The translations under genes and the position numbers were made by a program. From the sequence record OZ035734.1: a stretch of 44,234 nt of DNA, one strand, 5' to 3'. Origin of the DNA: Kagunavirus NRG857CP3. Each line of letters opens with the position of its first letter. Position 1 is the stretch's first letter. A model generated the notes under the pieces. It saw nothing but the letters and a program-made list of their open reading frames with translations. It was not told where the DNA came from and searched no databases. Below are positions 15,656-26,723 of this stretch, piece by piece.

Positions 15656-17921
15656 TACCGCTAGTTTGATAGTACGAGTATCTTCGACCGGCGTCGATAA
15701 AACAACATCTCAACTGAACGGGCTTACTAAGGCTGCGGGGGCTGCCGCCGCTGCCGTCGTCAGTCTGGAAACCGCTAAGCAGGTGTTCAGTGCGCTGGTG
15801 GACTCTCAGCGCAACTTCGATAAGCTGAACTCCGGCCTCATCACAATGACCGGGAGCGCCGAGAACGCGGCAAAGGCTTTCAGCGTACTGCAACAGTTTG
15901 CTAAAGAAACCCCATATGGTCTTAACCAGGCGGTAGAGGGATTTACCAAGCTCGTGGCGCTCGGGCTTAACCCCAGCAAAGAGGCGTTAATCTCCTACGG
16001 CAACACCGCCGCAGCGATGGGTAAAGACCTTAACCAGATGATTGAGGCAGTTGCTGACGCCAGTACATTTGAATTCGAGCGTTTAAAAGAGTTTGGCATC
16101 AAGTCGTCACAGCAGGCTGATACTGTTTCGTTCACGTTCCGTGGCGTAACTACCACGGTTAAGAAGAACTCCGAAGAAATTCAGAAATACCTGCTAAACA
16201 TCGGTAACACTGATTTTGCGGGGGCGATGGAAACGCGTTCGAAAACCCTTGACGGGCAGTTGTCGAGCCTGGCGGACTCATTTGACGGTCTTGTGCTCGC
16301 CGTGGCGCAATCAGGTTTCGGGGATGCGGTAGGCGAACAAGCCGCAACAGCAGAAGATGCTATCACGGCACTCACCGACGCAATTGCGTCTAATGAGATA
16401 GCTGCTACGCTCCAGGATTGGGTGACGCTGTTCAATGAGTCGTTCAAGTTCATTTCTGACGCTTTGAACGATTTGGCATACGACACGGAAGGCAAATCGG
16501 CGGACATGTCCGACTCGCTTGGCACAATCCCTGATGCCATCCGTGAGTGGTTGCCGGATATCCAGCAGACATTCCACGAGGTTATTGCATGGTTTCAGCG
16601 CATTGATGATTATGCCGTAGCGTTAGGCCAGACTCTTGCTGACGTGTTTGACCCGAGCAAAACGGCAGCGCTCACATTTAAAAACCTGACCGCAGAGGCT
16701 GACGCCGCATACGCCGCCAGCATAAAACGCGCAGCGGCGGAGTCCCAGGCCATTACCGACAGGTCTAAGCAGCGTAAGAAAGAAATTAAGGAACAGCGCA
16801 AGCAGTATGACGAGCGCAAGAAGCAAGAAATTGACTTAGCCAGCCTTGTTAATAAAAAGGGTGGAACGGAAGGCACTGGAAACGCCGACGATAAAGCGAC
16901 AAAAGCAGCCGCTAAGAAAGCAGAACAATTGCGGAATCAGGCGCAAGATTACCTCGACACTTTGGCCCGTCAGAACAACGACGAGTTAAAGGCTATTGAC
17001 GCGCAGGAACAGCAGAAACTGGCTAAAGCGAAAGAGTTCTACAGTCAGGGTGCGCTATCGTTAAAAGAGTACGAACAGGCTAAAACCGCCATTGTTCTTG
17101 AAGCAGGGCAAAAACGGCAGGATGAACTGGATAAACGCCAGAAGGAGGCCCAGGAAAAGCAACAGAAAGGTGATGATTTCATGGCTCAGATTATGGGCCA
17201 GAACGCCACCGAGCTTGAGCTTCTGGATATTCAGGAACAGCAGAAACTGGCGGTAGCCGATAAGTACCGAGAACAAGGTCTTATTAGCGAGAAGCAATAT
17301 CAGGCTGCGCTTAGCGCCATCAACGAGCAGTACGCAACCAAGCGTGCTGACGCAACGGCAACAGCTTTTGGCAACATGGCTTCTAACATTGGATCCGCGT
17401 TAGGTGAAGCATCCGGCGCTTATAAGGCGTTCGCTATTGTGCAGGCCACTATCGCTACGTACACTGCAGCTATTGAAGCGTATAAGTCAACGGCCGCTAT
17501 CCCGGTTGTTGGGCCATTCCTTGCACCAGTAGCCGCTGCCGCTGCCGTTGGGGCAGGTATGGCGCAGGTTTCTGCTATCAGGTCTGCACGTGAACAGGGT
17601 GGTCAGTTATCCGCGGGCCAAGCGTCTACCATCGCGGAACGAGGTAAACCTGAGGTCATCATGCCCGCTGGGGCATCGCGAGTGCGCACCGCGCAACAAA
17701 TGAAAGAGATTATGGGGCAAAACGGGTCTTCTTCCGGCCCATCTAATGTTACCATCGTAAACAACACGAGTTCGCAAATCGGCAACGTGTCTACCGAGCA
17801 GGATGATGAAGGGCGTCTGCGCATCATCATCGAGGAACAGGTAGCCGCCTCTTTGCAGAACAGTAACAGTAAGATTAGCAAGGCCCGCAAGGCCACAAGA
17901 AACGCGCCGGGGTTCAAATAA
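15648..17921 (+). CDS. tail tape measure protein
   Basis: Largest alpha-helical/coiled-coil ORF after chaperones; start at ATG after GAAGG RBS (ORF track TTG at 15633). Confidence 0.8.
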   Translation: MADTASLIVRVSSTGVDKTTSQLNGLTKAAGAAAAAVVSLETAKQVFSALVDSQRNFDKLNSGLITMTGSAENAAKAFSVLQQFAKETPYGLNQAVEGFTKLVALGLNPSKEALISYGNTAAAMGKDLNQMIEAVADASTFEFERLKEFGIKSSQQADTVSFTFRGVTTTVKKNSEEIQKYLLNIGNTDFAGAMETRSKTLDGQLSSLADSFDGLVLAVAQSGFGDAVGEQAATAEDAITALTDAIASNEIAATLQDWVTLFNESFKFISDALNDLAYDTEGKSADMSDSLGTIPDAIREWLPDIQQTFHEVIAWFQRIDDYAVALGQTLADVFDPSKTAALTFKNLTAEADAAYAASIKRAAAESQAITDRSKQRKKEIKEQRKQYDERKKQEIDLASLVNKKGGTEGTGNADDKATKAAAKKAEQLRNQAQDYLDTLARQNNDELKAIDAQEQQKLAKAKEFYSQGALSLKEYEQAKTAIVLEAGQKRQDELDKRQKEAQEKQQKGDDFMAQIMGQNATELELLDIQEQQKLAVADKYREQGLISEKQYQAALSAINEQYATKRADATATAFGNMASNIGSALGEASGAYKAFAIVQATIATYTAAIEAYKSTAAIPVVGPFLAPVAAAAAVGAGMAQVSAIRSAREQGGQLSAGQASTIAERGKPEVIMPAGASRVRTAQQMKEIMGQNGSSSGPSNVTIVNNTSSQIGNVSTEQDDEGRLRIIIEEQVAASLQNSNSKISKARKATRNAPGFK

Positions 17922-19318
17922 TGAGCGACTTATATTTCCCACGTAGCCTTAAGCCTATTGTGTCAAAAGGCTACTCAATGACCCGACGTAACAACGTCTG
18001 GAGTGTTGATTTAGCTGGTGGTGGCGTCCGTCAGGGGCGCGACACCTATTATGATGTGTTCCCCATTAGTGTGACGCTTATCACCTCCGCGATGGGGAGA
18101 CAGGCGTTTCTGTCGTTCCTTGAGAAAGTAGACGGCGGCGCGTCCAGTTTCTGGATGGCCAACGACTTTGGCATGGGTATCGAGGATTACCAGGTAACAA
18201 TTACGTCCACCATCGCAGAGTCCACCGAAGACGGGATTAACTGGACGATTACTTTCACGGCAACCGCCGAGAAATCGCCGTTCCAGGACCTTGAGAACCA
18301 GTGCCTGATTAACAATCTGCCAGATTTGTACGGCTGCTATGGCGATTGCCTGGGTAGTTTCCTTAAGATATACGCGAACTATGAAACGACGTTCCCTCGT
18401 ATCTGGAGTAACGAAGGACCTGCCGGTTACCCTCCGATTAACCTTCTGGCGTCGACTCTTGATAGCCGTATCGTTTACGAAGGGCCGCAGGTGTACTACA
18501 TCAACAGAAACGGCAATCTTGTACAATCCGCAGCCAATGAATGGCCTCTTACGTTTATTGATGGTGTTGCTGTTGGGCGTGTGCCACCAGAGGTGGCATC
18601 GTCTAATATTCTAGTTAAATCATCTCAATTATCTGACTCATCCTGGAGTAAAACTAGCACAACGGTAGCTAGCATCGCCGACTCGATTATTAACGGCGGC
18701 GCATTTTCTTTAACCCCAACACTCACCAATGGCAACCATATCGTACAGCAATCAGTGTCTTCCGCTTTTGCGGAGGGAGATACATACACGCTCAGTTACT
18801 TGGCTAAGGCGAATGGCTATAATTATGCACGCCTACGGGCCGCCGATGACGCGGGGTTTATTTCCGATTGTAGGGCAAATTTAGCCGACGGAACCATTTC
18901 TGCGGGCGCGGCACAAAGTACCATCGTTTCTTGCGGGAACGGATGGTACAGATTTACAGAAACAGTCGCGGTCAAAACCGGCGGCGCATCTTCTCTACTT
19001 TTAGCAGCCTGGGTGTACGATAATTCGCAAGCCGCCTCTTTTCCCGGGGATGGTGTCAGCGGTGTTCTTGCGTGTGCAATGCAAATAGAAAAAGCTGCGT
19101 TCGCAACATCACCAATAGTAACCGACGCAGCGCCAGTTACACGTCAGGCTTCATCGGCAAAAGTAGCAATGAATGGTGCAACAAGCATCGACATTACCTA
19201 CTCCGACGGCTCTACCGTAAACGTGCCCGCAGTAGATAACTACGCTGTTATCCCGCAGGCGGATTCTGCGTGGGGAAGTAAGTATATCACTCGTATCGAC
19301 TTTAATGTGGACGGTTAA
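17921..19318 (+). CDS. minor tail protein / distal tail protein with C-terminal extension
   Basis: Gene order after tape measure, overlapping start. Confidence 0.45.
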   Translation: MSDLYFPRSLKPIVSKGYSMTRRNNVWSVDLAGGGVRQGRDTYYDVFPISVTLITSAMGRQAFLSFLEKVDGGASSFWMANDFGMGIEDYQVTITSTIAESTEDGINWTITFTATAEKSPFQDLENQCLINNLPDLYGCYGDCLGSFLKIYANYETTFPRIWSNEGPAGYPPINLLASTLDSRIVYEGPQVYYINRNGNLVQSAANEWPLTFIDGVAVGRVPPEVASSNILVKSSQLSDSSWSKTSTTVASIADSIINGGAFSLTPTLTNGNHIVQQSVSSAFAEGDTYTLSYLAKANGYNYARLRAADDAGFISDCRANLADGTISAGAAQSTIVSCGNGWYRFTETVAVKTGGASSLLLAAWVYDNSQAASFPGDGVSGVLACAMQIEKAAFATSPIVTDAAPVTRQASSAKVAMNGATSIDITYSDGSTVNVPAVDNYAVIPQADSAWGSKYITRIDFNVDG

Positions 19319-19321
19319 TTT

Positions 19322-19837
19322 ATGAGCCAAGAATCAGTAGAAGCAGCCTATCGCCGTAAGCTGGCCTCAAATCCCGACGGCGAGATGGACTACATCACGC
19401 TGCAAATCAGCCACCCGTTGCTGTCAAAGACGTATTATCTCGTGCGCGGGTTACAGGAACTAACGGCAACACTGGAGACAGGCGAAACAATTACGTTTGA
19501 ACCTACCCCGATGGAGGCGTCGGGGGCCGCTAATAACAGCGATATGGACCAAACGACGACGTTTACTCTGCCGGATATCCTCAATCAACTGGACGATGAG
19601 ATGGATAAAATTCCGATGAGTAATACCGAGTTGCCTAAGTTCATCTTCCGGCGCTACGTCAGCACAGACCTGTCATACCCCGCAGATGGTCCTGTCGTGT
19701 ACGAGTTGCAGGCAATCAACCAAGAAAAAGGCGAGTTCTCAGCTGACGTCGGTACACCTATGCTGAACCAACGAAGCACTGGTATACTGATGACACCTAA
19801 AGAGATACCACTACTACGCGGTCTTCTTACAACATGA
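19322..19837 (+). CDS. minor tail protein
   Basis: Gene order. Confidence 0.4.
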   Translation: MSQESVEAAYRRKLASNPDGEMDYITLQISHPLLSKTYYLVRGLQELTATLETGETITFEPTPMEASGAANNSDMDQTTTFTLPDILNQLDDEMDKIPMSNTELPKFIFRRYVSTDLSYPADGPVVYELQAINQEKGEFSADVGTPMLNQRSTGILMTPKEIPLLRGLLTT

Positions 19838-20199
19838 ATATCAACGATTATACCGGGCTGCCGTATGATTTCCGTAAGCGTAATTGCTGGCAGCATGTCC
19901 GCATGGTGCGTGCAGATGCAGGGCTTGATACCCCCGCTTTTGACGTGACCAGCCCAACGGCAATAGACACGGCATTCGAGCAGGGCCACAGCGACCCGAA
20001 AGGGTTAGCTAAGATAGACAAGCCCGAAAACATGTGTGCTGTCCTGCTTGGGTATCGCCGTAGTGGGCGTATCGTGTGGCACGCAGGAGTTTACTTCGAC
20101 GGGATGGTGAGCCATTGCGAGATGGCGTCACGCCAGGTGCGTCTTGACCGCCTTTCAGACCTCAGAGACACGTACACGGAGATTGAATTTTGGCGATAA
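19834..20199 (+). CDS. tail assembly protein with NlpC/P60-like Cys/His motif (lambda K-like)
   Basis: Conserved NCWQHV and downstream His; position before tail tip protein. Confidence 0.45.
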   Translation: MNINDYTGLPYDFRKRNCWQHVRMVRADAGLDTPAFDVTSPTAIDTAFEQGHSDPKGLAKIDKPENMCAVLLGYRRSGRIVWHAGVYFDGMVSHCEMASRQVRLDRLSDLRDTYTEIEFWR

Positions 20200-22745
20200 T
20201 CCTGCATTACACACGAAACGCCGACGGGGCATTTGACCGTACAAAACACGTCGGGATGCCGATGGAGTTTGTCGTTAACCGTATCCCTGACGGCGTTCCG
20301 GTGCGCGTCTATCTCGGCGAAATCGGGGAGGATACAGACGTAACTGATGACTTCGATGCGCTTAAAGATGAAGAAGCGGTTTACCATATTATCGAGGGTG
20401 CCGGTAGCGGGGCGCTTGGCGCTGTTAGTAAGGTCTTTGGCTTTATCCTCAAGCCCATTGCCAAACTGTTCGGTCTTAACACGTCCGCTAACGCCAATTA
20501 CACGGCGACAAATAACCAGACAACATCACCAAACAACAGCCTCACAGACCGCTCCAATAAGCCACGCCCGTACGAGCGCTCTTACGACATCTGCGGAACC
20601 GTACAGACAATCCCTAATGACCTGATGCAAACGTATAAGGCGTTCAACTCCACAGGTGCCTTACTGGAATACTCATATTACGACGCCGGGCGCGGGTATC
20701 TGCATATTGAAGCCGATGGCGTTACAGAAGGTGATACCCTGATAAGCGACATCACAGGGTCGTCTGTTGCCGTGTACGCACCATACACATCGCCCAACAA
20801 TACGACGTCACCGCAGTTGCAAATCGGCGATGTCATTGACCAGAAGTTATACGTCACCTACTCCAACGACGACGTTGACGGCATCGTACTGAAAGCACCT
20901 AACGATATCGGAGCTAACCCAAGCGCAGACGGAACCGCCAAGCGTATTTCTAACACCGGGTATATCTACGACCCGTCCGGCGACTCTGCGTTTTCGGAGT
21001 TTCTTAGCGTTGGCGATGTGGCGGTGCTCAGCAACTTTGACGTCGCTGACGTCACTAACCTGAACGGCTCGTTTGAGGTTTTATACGTTGACGACTTCGA
21101 AGTAAGACTGGCGGTAAATGGTGCGTCTAACTGGGCGGCGTTGATCAGCGGGCAGACGTACACCCTAACCGAGCGTTCAGATACGTTCATAGCACCAAGC
21201 AACACTTATGACGTGTCGCTAACAGACTGGTACTACATGGTGCGCGGTGAAGTTAACCGTGTGCTCGCTAACGTGGCAGGTCAAAACGGCCTGTATAAAT
21301 ACGACGGCGGATATAACCGCACCAGCGTAACCGTAGAACTCCAGTACCAGATGATTGATTCTCAGCGCAACCCGTTGAGCGATATTTACACTGTACGGGC
21401 AACAATTACAGGCAATAGCACCGATTACGTCGGCACGTCTATTTACGGGCAGTTGCCGACAGCTTCTCGCTTCCGCGCCCGTATGCGCCGTATAACGAAT
21501 TTTGATAAGGATTACGACGGTACGGTAAGTGATGAGATAACGTTCATCAACCTGTACGGGCAGTCACTGGACACGACGCCGCACTACGGCAACCGGACCA
21601 CTGTACACTGCGCACGTAAACAGACACCGCGGGCCGCGAGTATTGACAACCCGGAACTGCGCATGATTGCAACCGAGATGTGTTATAAATACCTCGGCAA
21701 CGGTGTGTTTGACACAGTAATGACTCCGAATACGAAAGCCGTGCAGTCACTAATCCGACTGGCCCGCGACCCGGCTGTTGGAAATCTGGAGATGACAACC
21801 GCAAATATGGATAAGTTACTTGCAGTGCAGGAAGAAATTGAATCCTATTTTGGCAGCGAGTTAGCCGGACAATTCTGCTACACGTTCGACGACTACGACA
21901 CCACCATGCAGGACATCGTTCAGACCATAGCAGAAGCCGTGTTCTGCACCGCGTACCGTAAAGGTGCGGATATTATGTTGCGCTTCGACCGTCCTGTCGC
22001 GGGGCCTGAAATGGTGTTCACACACCGCAGTAAGACAACCGGCACGGAGAAATGGACCCGCACGTTCAACGATTCTACGACTTATGATAGCCTGTCGTTC
22101 TCGTACATTGACCCGGATACTAACGTACAGGAAACTATTTATATCCCGGAAGAACTCGGCGCTAACACCGAGGAATATGAGTCTAAGGGCGTGCGCAACT
22201 ACCAACAGGCCTACTGGCTGGCGTGGCGTCGTTACCAGCGCAACGCGTTAAGCAAAGTTGTCGTTGAGTTCGAAGCTACAGAGGAAGGCGCGCTGGCTAC
22301 ACCCGGTGGTGTAATAAGCGTGGTTAAAGGTTCGCGTATTGCACCGCAGGATGGTTATGTTGTTGCCGTTAATGGGCTTACGCTAACTCTGTCACAGCCT
22401 GTTACGTTCACCTCCGGGGACGACCACTCAATAATCCTCAAGAAGCGCGACGGCTCGGTGCAGAGTATCTCTGTTATCAAAGGAAGCCACGACCGCGAGG
22501 TGGTTATGCTATCCGCACCAGAGGAAGCCATTTACACCGGGAATAGTGCACTAAAAACTGAGTTTTCATTCGGCAACGAAGCAAGGCATAATGCTCAGAG
22601 GATAGTTGTCTCTTCAATCGACCCAGGCGACGACCGCACGGTTAAGATTACAGGCTACAACTATGATGAAGGTTTCTATAAATACGACGGCGTCGCACCT
22701 TTCGGTCGCGGTTTCTCCGACGGATTCAGCAACGGTTTTTATTAA
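20190..22745 (+). CDS. tail tip / host specificity protein (lambda J-like)
   Basis: 851 aa ORF after K-like gene; start uncertain (TTG in ORF track). Confidence 0.55.
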   Translation: MAIILHYTRNADGAFDRTKHVGMPMEFVVNRIPDGVPVRVYLGEIGEDTDVTDDFDALKDEEAVYHIIEGAGSGALGAVSKVFGFILKPIAKLFGLNTSANANYTATNNQTTSPNNSLTDRSNKPRPYERSYDICGTVQTIPNDLMQTYKAFNSTGALLEYSYYDAGRGYLHIEADGVTEGDTLISDITGSSVAVYAPYTSPNNTTSPQLQIGDVIDQKLYVTYSNDDVDGIVLKAPNDIGANPSADGTAKRISNTGYIYDPSGDSAFSEFLSVGDVAVLSNFDVADVTNLNGSFEVLYVDDFEVRLAVNGASNWAALISGQTYTLTERSDTFIAPSNTYDVSLTDWYYMVRGEVNRVLANVAGQNGLYKYDGGYNRTSVTVELQYQMIDSQRNPLSDIYTVRATITGNSTDYVGTSIYGQLPTASRFRARMRRITNFDKDYDGTVSDEITFINLYGQSLDTTPHYGNRTTVHCARKQTPRAASIDNPELRMIATEMCYKYLGNGVFDTVMTPNTKAVQSLIRLARDPAVGNLEMTTANMDKLLAVQEEIESYFGSELAGQFCYTFDDYDTTMQDIVQTIAEAVFCTAYRKGADIMLRFDRPVAGPEMVFTHRSKTTGTEKWTRTFNDSTTYDSLSFSYIDPDTNVQETIYIPEELGANTEEYESKGVRNYQQAYWLAWRRYQRNALSKVVVEFEATEEGALATPGGVISVVKGSRIAPQDGYVVAVNGLTLTLSQPVTFTSGDDHSIILKKRDGSVQSISVIKGSHDREVVMLSAPEEAIYTGNSALKTEFSFGNEARHNAQRIVVSSIDPGDDRTVKITGYNYDEGFYKYDGVAPFGRGFSDGFSNGFY

Positions 22746-22757
22746 AGAGGACTCTAT

Positions 22758-25043
22758 ATGTCAAGCGGATGCGGTGACGTTTTAAGCCTGGCGGATTTAC
22801 AGACCGCCAAGAAACACCAGATTTTCGAGGCTGAGGTTATCACTGGTAAATCTGGCGGTGTTGCTACGGGCGCTGATATCGATTACGCGACAAATCAGGT
22901 TACTGGACAGACCCAGAAGACGTTACCTGCCGTGTTGCGTGATGCTGGTTTTTCTCCTGTATCGTGGGATTTCTCCACTGGCGGTACGTTAACAGTTAAT
23001 GACCGCGACAAAGTGGTGTACGACCCCGTCAGTCAGACGTGGTATTCATACGCGGGTACGTTGCCGGTGGTAGTTCCCGCTGGTTTTAACCCAGTAGGGG
23101 CTGCTAACTGGAAACCTCAAAACTACATGGACCTGGAACAATCTCTGGCAGAGGATGATGGATTTAAATTAATCGGAAAATGCCCCGACGTATCAACCTT
23201 ACGTACTATTGAACCTGACGACAACAATCAGCGAATTTTTGTAGTAGCACACACCTCCGGGGTTCCTGTCGGGGACTCTGGCGACTCCGGCGGCGGGTGG
23301 TTTTACGCTGACTTAACAGACTCTGCATCTGGTGATGACAATGGGGTTGTTATAGTTACTAGCGGAGGAAAGCGCTGGAAGCGAGACCTATCGAAAGTCC
23401 GAGGAATTACCCCCAAAATGTTTGGCGCGTGGATGGATGCTCCGTATATTGACGGCACAACCATTCAGGGAACGCCTTACCCTAAAGCACCGAGCATGGG
23501 CGCCGCCGACTTGTCAGCCACCCATAACGATGGGTCAGCTATGTACTCTGCATATACAGCAAGTATTGCACACAATATTCCTTTATTAATTGAACAGCCA
23601 ATCTATATCGGCAGTACACAGATTGACATTAGCGCGTACAGATGGGATGGGGTAATGCTTAACATTATCGGTGATTCCCCCCGTAAAAGCATTATATACA
23701 CATCGACAACTGGTGGATTCGTAAGTACCTCGTGGGGGCATAACCTTTCTGTTGAAAACATTGCTTTCAGAAATGCTGACGCAGATTATGTTGGATGCCC
23801 GTTAATGGTAAGTGGGTCCGAATTATCCGGTGGTGGCGGTAAACTGTACACGATTCGTAATGTTGAGTTCTATCATTATAAATTCGCGCTGCCGTCGCTT
23901 ACTTTCGTCAGTACAATAGAAAATATCTATATGTACGATTGCAAGTACGGACTTGCTCTTAGCGGAAATACCAGCACCAACATTAATTCTGTGTGGGCGC
24001 ACCATTGCGACGATGGCTTTCTGTGGGGTTATTCCATAAACAGAAGCACGTACGAACCTGTGGCCGGGGGGTACCCTGTCATGTACGTAACCGCATCAAA
24101 TATCGCCGCCGATGGGTGCATCCGACCACATCGCGTAGGTGGTCAGTTACGGTCAGTAACCGTAGACGGCATGGGTATCGAAGGTATAAACGGCACTGTT
24201 GGTATTGATTTCTCAGACTACGCCGAAACAGACGACCAGTTTAAGTTCACCATTAAAGGTCTATCATGCTGGATTCAAAGTTCAATGAACACCGGTGTTA
24301 CTCGGTTCATCGAAATGCCGACAAGCGAAACAAGAATGCCGAACGGGAGTATTGTGCTAGACTCCGGTTATGTTAAGGCGGATTATCAAATTGCCTTAAT
24401 AAACAAAAATACGTCAGGAAACGTTGATGCTTACGGTAATTCTCTGGTTTTAGGTGATAATTTCAGATTCGTTAAAGTTACTGACACCTCAAGATTGGCA
24501 GATACCAGAATCCGAAGCGTCAGAGCAGGCGGTCGTGTGTACGGGCAAGGGCCTCTGGAGGGACGTAACTCCTACGACGGCGTGACTCTTTCATCAATAA
24601 ATGCGACGGCTGACGCCTACTTTAACGAAGTAAAAACCGAACAGGCAACATTTATACTCCCGTGGAACCGAGCGGTGGACATTCTGCTAACCACGGTCGG
24701 CGAAGAATCAAGATATGGTGCGTGTTTCCTTGCCGGGGAGATGTCAATAATTCCAGTAAACAAAAATGGACTTGGAGGTACAGAAGCCGGTGGGCGTGTG
24801 ATGTTTAGCATATCAGGGAGCAGCCAGGCCAACGTATCGTCCGGGGCTTTATGGAGTAACCTCGATGCGGGGGATAAAAGTCTGTCAGGATTTAACGTAC
24901 AGAAATTAGTTAATAACGGTCAGACGTTCATTCGTGTTAGTTGTCCGTCGGCGTCAATCTCAATGGCTATTGTGCACATGACTTTGACGTACAGCGGGTT
25001 CTCCCATTATTACGACCGAAGATGGCAGATAAGAACTATTTAA
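22758..25043 (+). CDS. tailspike / receptor-binding protein with predicted beta-helix (depolymerase-type) domain
   Basis: 761 aa, last structural gene, G/N/S/T/V-rich repeats typical of right-handed beta-helix; RBS AGAGGA. Confidence 0.55.
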   Translation: MSSGCGDVLSLADLQTAKKHQIFEAEVITGKSGGVATGADIDYATNQVTGQTQKTLPAVLRDAGFSPVSWDFSTGGTLTVNDRDKVVYDPVSQTWYSYAGTLPVVVPAGFNPVGAANWKPQNYMDLEQSLAEDDGFKLIGKCPDVSTLRTIEPDDNNQRIFVVAHTSGVPVGDSGDSGGGWFYADLTDSASGDDNGVVIVTSGGKRWKRDLSKVRGITPKMFGAWMDAPYIDGTTIQGTPYPKAPSMGAADLSATHNDGSAMYSAYTASIAHNIPLLIEQPIYIGSTQIDISAYRWDGVMLNIIGDSPRKSIIYTSTTGGFVSTSWGHNLSVENIAFRNADADYVGCPLMVSGSELSGGGGKLYTIRNVEFYHYKFALPSLTFVSTIENIYMYDCKYGLALSGNTSTNINSVWAHHCDDGFLWGYSINRSTYEPVAGGYPVMYVTASNIAADGCIRPHRVGGQLRSVTVDGMGIEGINGTVGIDFSDYAETDDQFKFTIKGLSCWIQSSMNTGVTRFIEMPTSETRMPNGSIVLDSGYVKADYQIALINKNTSGNVDAYGNSLVLGDNFRFVKVTDTSRLADTRIRSVRAGGRVYGQGPLEGRNSYDGVTLSSINATADAYFNEVKTEQATFILPWNRAVDILLTTVGEESRYGACFLAGEMSIIPVNKNGLGGTEAGGRVMFSISGSSQANVSSGALWSNLDAGDKSLSGFNVQKLVNNGQTFIRVSCPSASISMAIVHMTLTYSGFSHYYDRRWQIRTI

Positions 25044-25072
25044 AACTAAGGCCCCAAACGGGGCCTTTTATC
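25044..25072. terminator. bidirectional intrinsic terminator (AAACTAAGGCCCC-AAAC-GGGGCCTTTTATCT)
   Basis: Between convergent tailspike (+) and minus-strand replication operon. Confidence 0.7.
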
Positions 25073-25296
25073 TACTCTTCTGATAACTTTTCCAGTACAA
25101 ACGCCAGTTGCGCATTAGCGGCGTCTCTTTGCTGCCGTAGTCGTAGAACCTCTTCTTCAAGTTCCTTAACGCTCAAGGCAAGTTCAACTATCTCTGCGCT
25201 ACCCACAGTTTGGTACGCGCGCGGAGATATTTTCTTACCGCTTTCTAATACCTTAAAACCCAACGCGGCGATTTCACTAACACGACTGCTTCTCAT
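25072..25296 (-). CDS. hypothetical protein (coiled-coil)
   Basis: 74 aa, last gene of leftward operon. Confidence 0.4.
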   Translation of the reverse strand: MRSSRVSEIAALGFKVLESGKKISPRAYQTVGSAEIVELALSVKELEEEVLRLRQQRDAANAQLAFVLEKLSEE

Positions 25297-26723
25297 TTCT
25301 TACCTCGTCTCTTCATGTAATTAAGCAACTCTTCCTGGACGGATTTCTTCTCGTCCGTACGCGCGGCAACAACCTCGTCCAGCGTGTCTTTAGCGACGAT
25401 ATGATAGAGGAACACCGGGCGCTCGTGTCCAGCCTGTTTCTGGCGGACCGGGCCTATACGCTCGACAACCTGCAAATAGTGTTCAAGGTTCCAGCCTTGC
25501 GAGATGAACGCCAGATGATGGCCACCGTCCTGTAAATTCAAACCATGACCGGCTGACGCAGGGTGGACGCACAAAATCTCAATTTCACCACGGTTCCACG
25601 CTTCCATCTGCTTATTACCCTTAGCGCCTTTGGCAAACGCTTGTGCCTGCGGGAATCGCTTAAGGATGCGCTCCAGTTCGTGCTTAAACTGATAGGCTAC
25701 CAGTAACGGCGCACCCTGTAGTTCCTCAACAATGGACTCAAGCGCATCCAGTTTCGTGTCGTGCACTTTCTCCCAGTCTTTGGTTGCTTCGCCGTCTGGC
25801 CCTGACACATATACGGCGCCAGATGCAATCTGTAGGCACTTCGACGTCTTCGCCGCAGCGTTAGCCGCTTCGACTTCTCCGCTCTCCAGTTCCGCGAATA
25901 ACTTCTCCTCCATATCCATGTACGCCTGACGCGCTTTCTTCGGCAGGTCGATTTCAACCGGTACGATAATCGGCGCTTCGCATCCGAACCACTCGGCGGC
26001 GTCAATCGTGAGACTAATGTCCTTCATCTTCTGGTGAATTTCATTATCCGCGCCCGGGCGCGCATGATACTCACGCGCCATCGCCGATTTGCCTTTCTGC
26101 ACCGAGTTAAACCATCGGTCGGTGAATGCCGTGTACGACGACCCCAGGCGCTCGCCAGCGTCGATAAACCAGTTCTGGCCCCACAAGTCCTTGAGGCCGT
26201 TAGGCGATGGTGTGCCTGTCAGGTTAATGAAACGCTTAACCTTACCGAACGCCACCTTACTGAGCGCCTTTGCCCTTTTGCTACCGCCTGAACGGCTGCG
26301 GAACGATTTCAGCTTCGTGCTCTCATCGGCAACGATAACGGTAAAAGGCCAGTCGTCTTTGCCGTAGTAGTCAATCAGCCACTCGATAACTTCGTAGTTC
26401 GTGCACACCACGTTAGCATCCGACTCCAGCGCCGTGATGCGGCGCTTCTCTGAACCGGTCGCGTCAACAACACGCAGACACGGGAAGCCCCATTTCTCTT
26501 GTTCCGCGGGCCATGTACCGGATGCAACGCGCAACGGGGCGAGGATTAACACCCTGTCGTCATCATTAAGTTGGCCGTTGCGGAACAGTCGGTTGAGCAC
26601 CCACATCGTTGCGGAACTTTTGCCCGCACCCATCGAAGCCCAGATATTACAGCGCGGGTGTTGCAACATGAACGAAGTCATGAGCTTCTGGTACTCTCGG
26701 CGGATAAATTTAGACATACTCAA
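25293..26723 (-). CDS. SNF2-family ATP-dependent DNA helicase
   Basis: Walker A MGAGKS, IVADEST (DExx box), LTGTPSPN motif III. Confidence 0.8.
   Translation of the reverse strand: MSMSKFIRREYQKLMTSFMLQHPRCNIWASMGAGKSSATMWVLNRLFRNGQLNDDDRVLILAPLRVASGTWPAEQEKWGFPCLRVVDATGSEKRRITALESDANVVCTNYEVIEWLIDYYGKDDWPFTVIVADESTKLKSFRSRSGGSKRAKALSKVAFGKVKRFINLTGTPSPNGLKDLWGQNWFIDAGERLGSSYTAFTDRWFNSVQKGKSAMAREYHARPGADNEIHQKMKDISLTIDAAEWFGCEAPIIVPVEIDLPKKARQAYMDMEEKLFAELESGEVEAANAAAKTSKCLQIASGAVYVSGPDGEATKDWEKVHDTKLDALESIVEELQGAPLLVAYQFKHELERILKRFPQAQAFAKGAKGNKQMEAWNRGEIEILCVHPASAGHGLNLQDGGHHLAFISQGWNLEHYLQVVERIGPVRQKQAGHERPVFLYHIVAKDTLDEVVAARTDEKKSVQEELLNYMKRRGKK

Noticed and set aside
22758-25043. P22-type tailspike identity
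   Set aside because: The N-terminal region does not resemble the P22 tailspike head-binding domain sequence as recalled; only the generic beta-helix tailspike call is retained.
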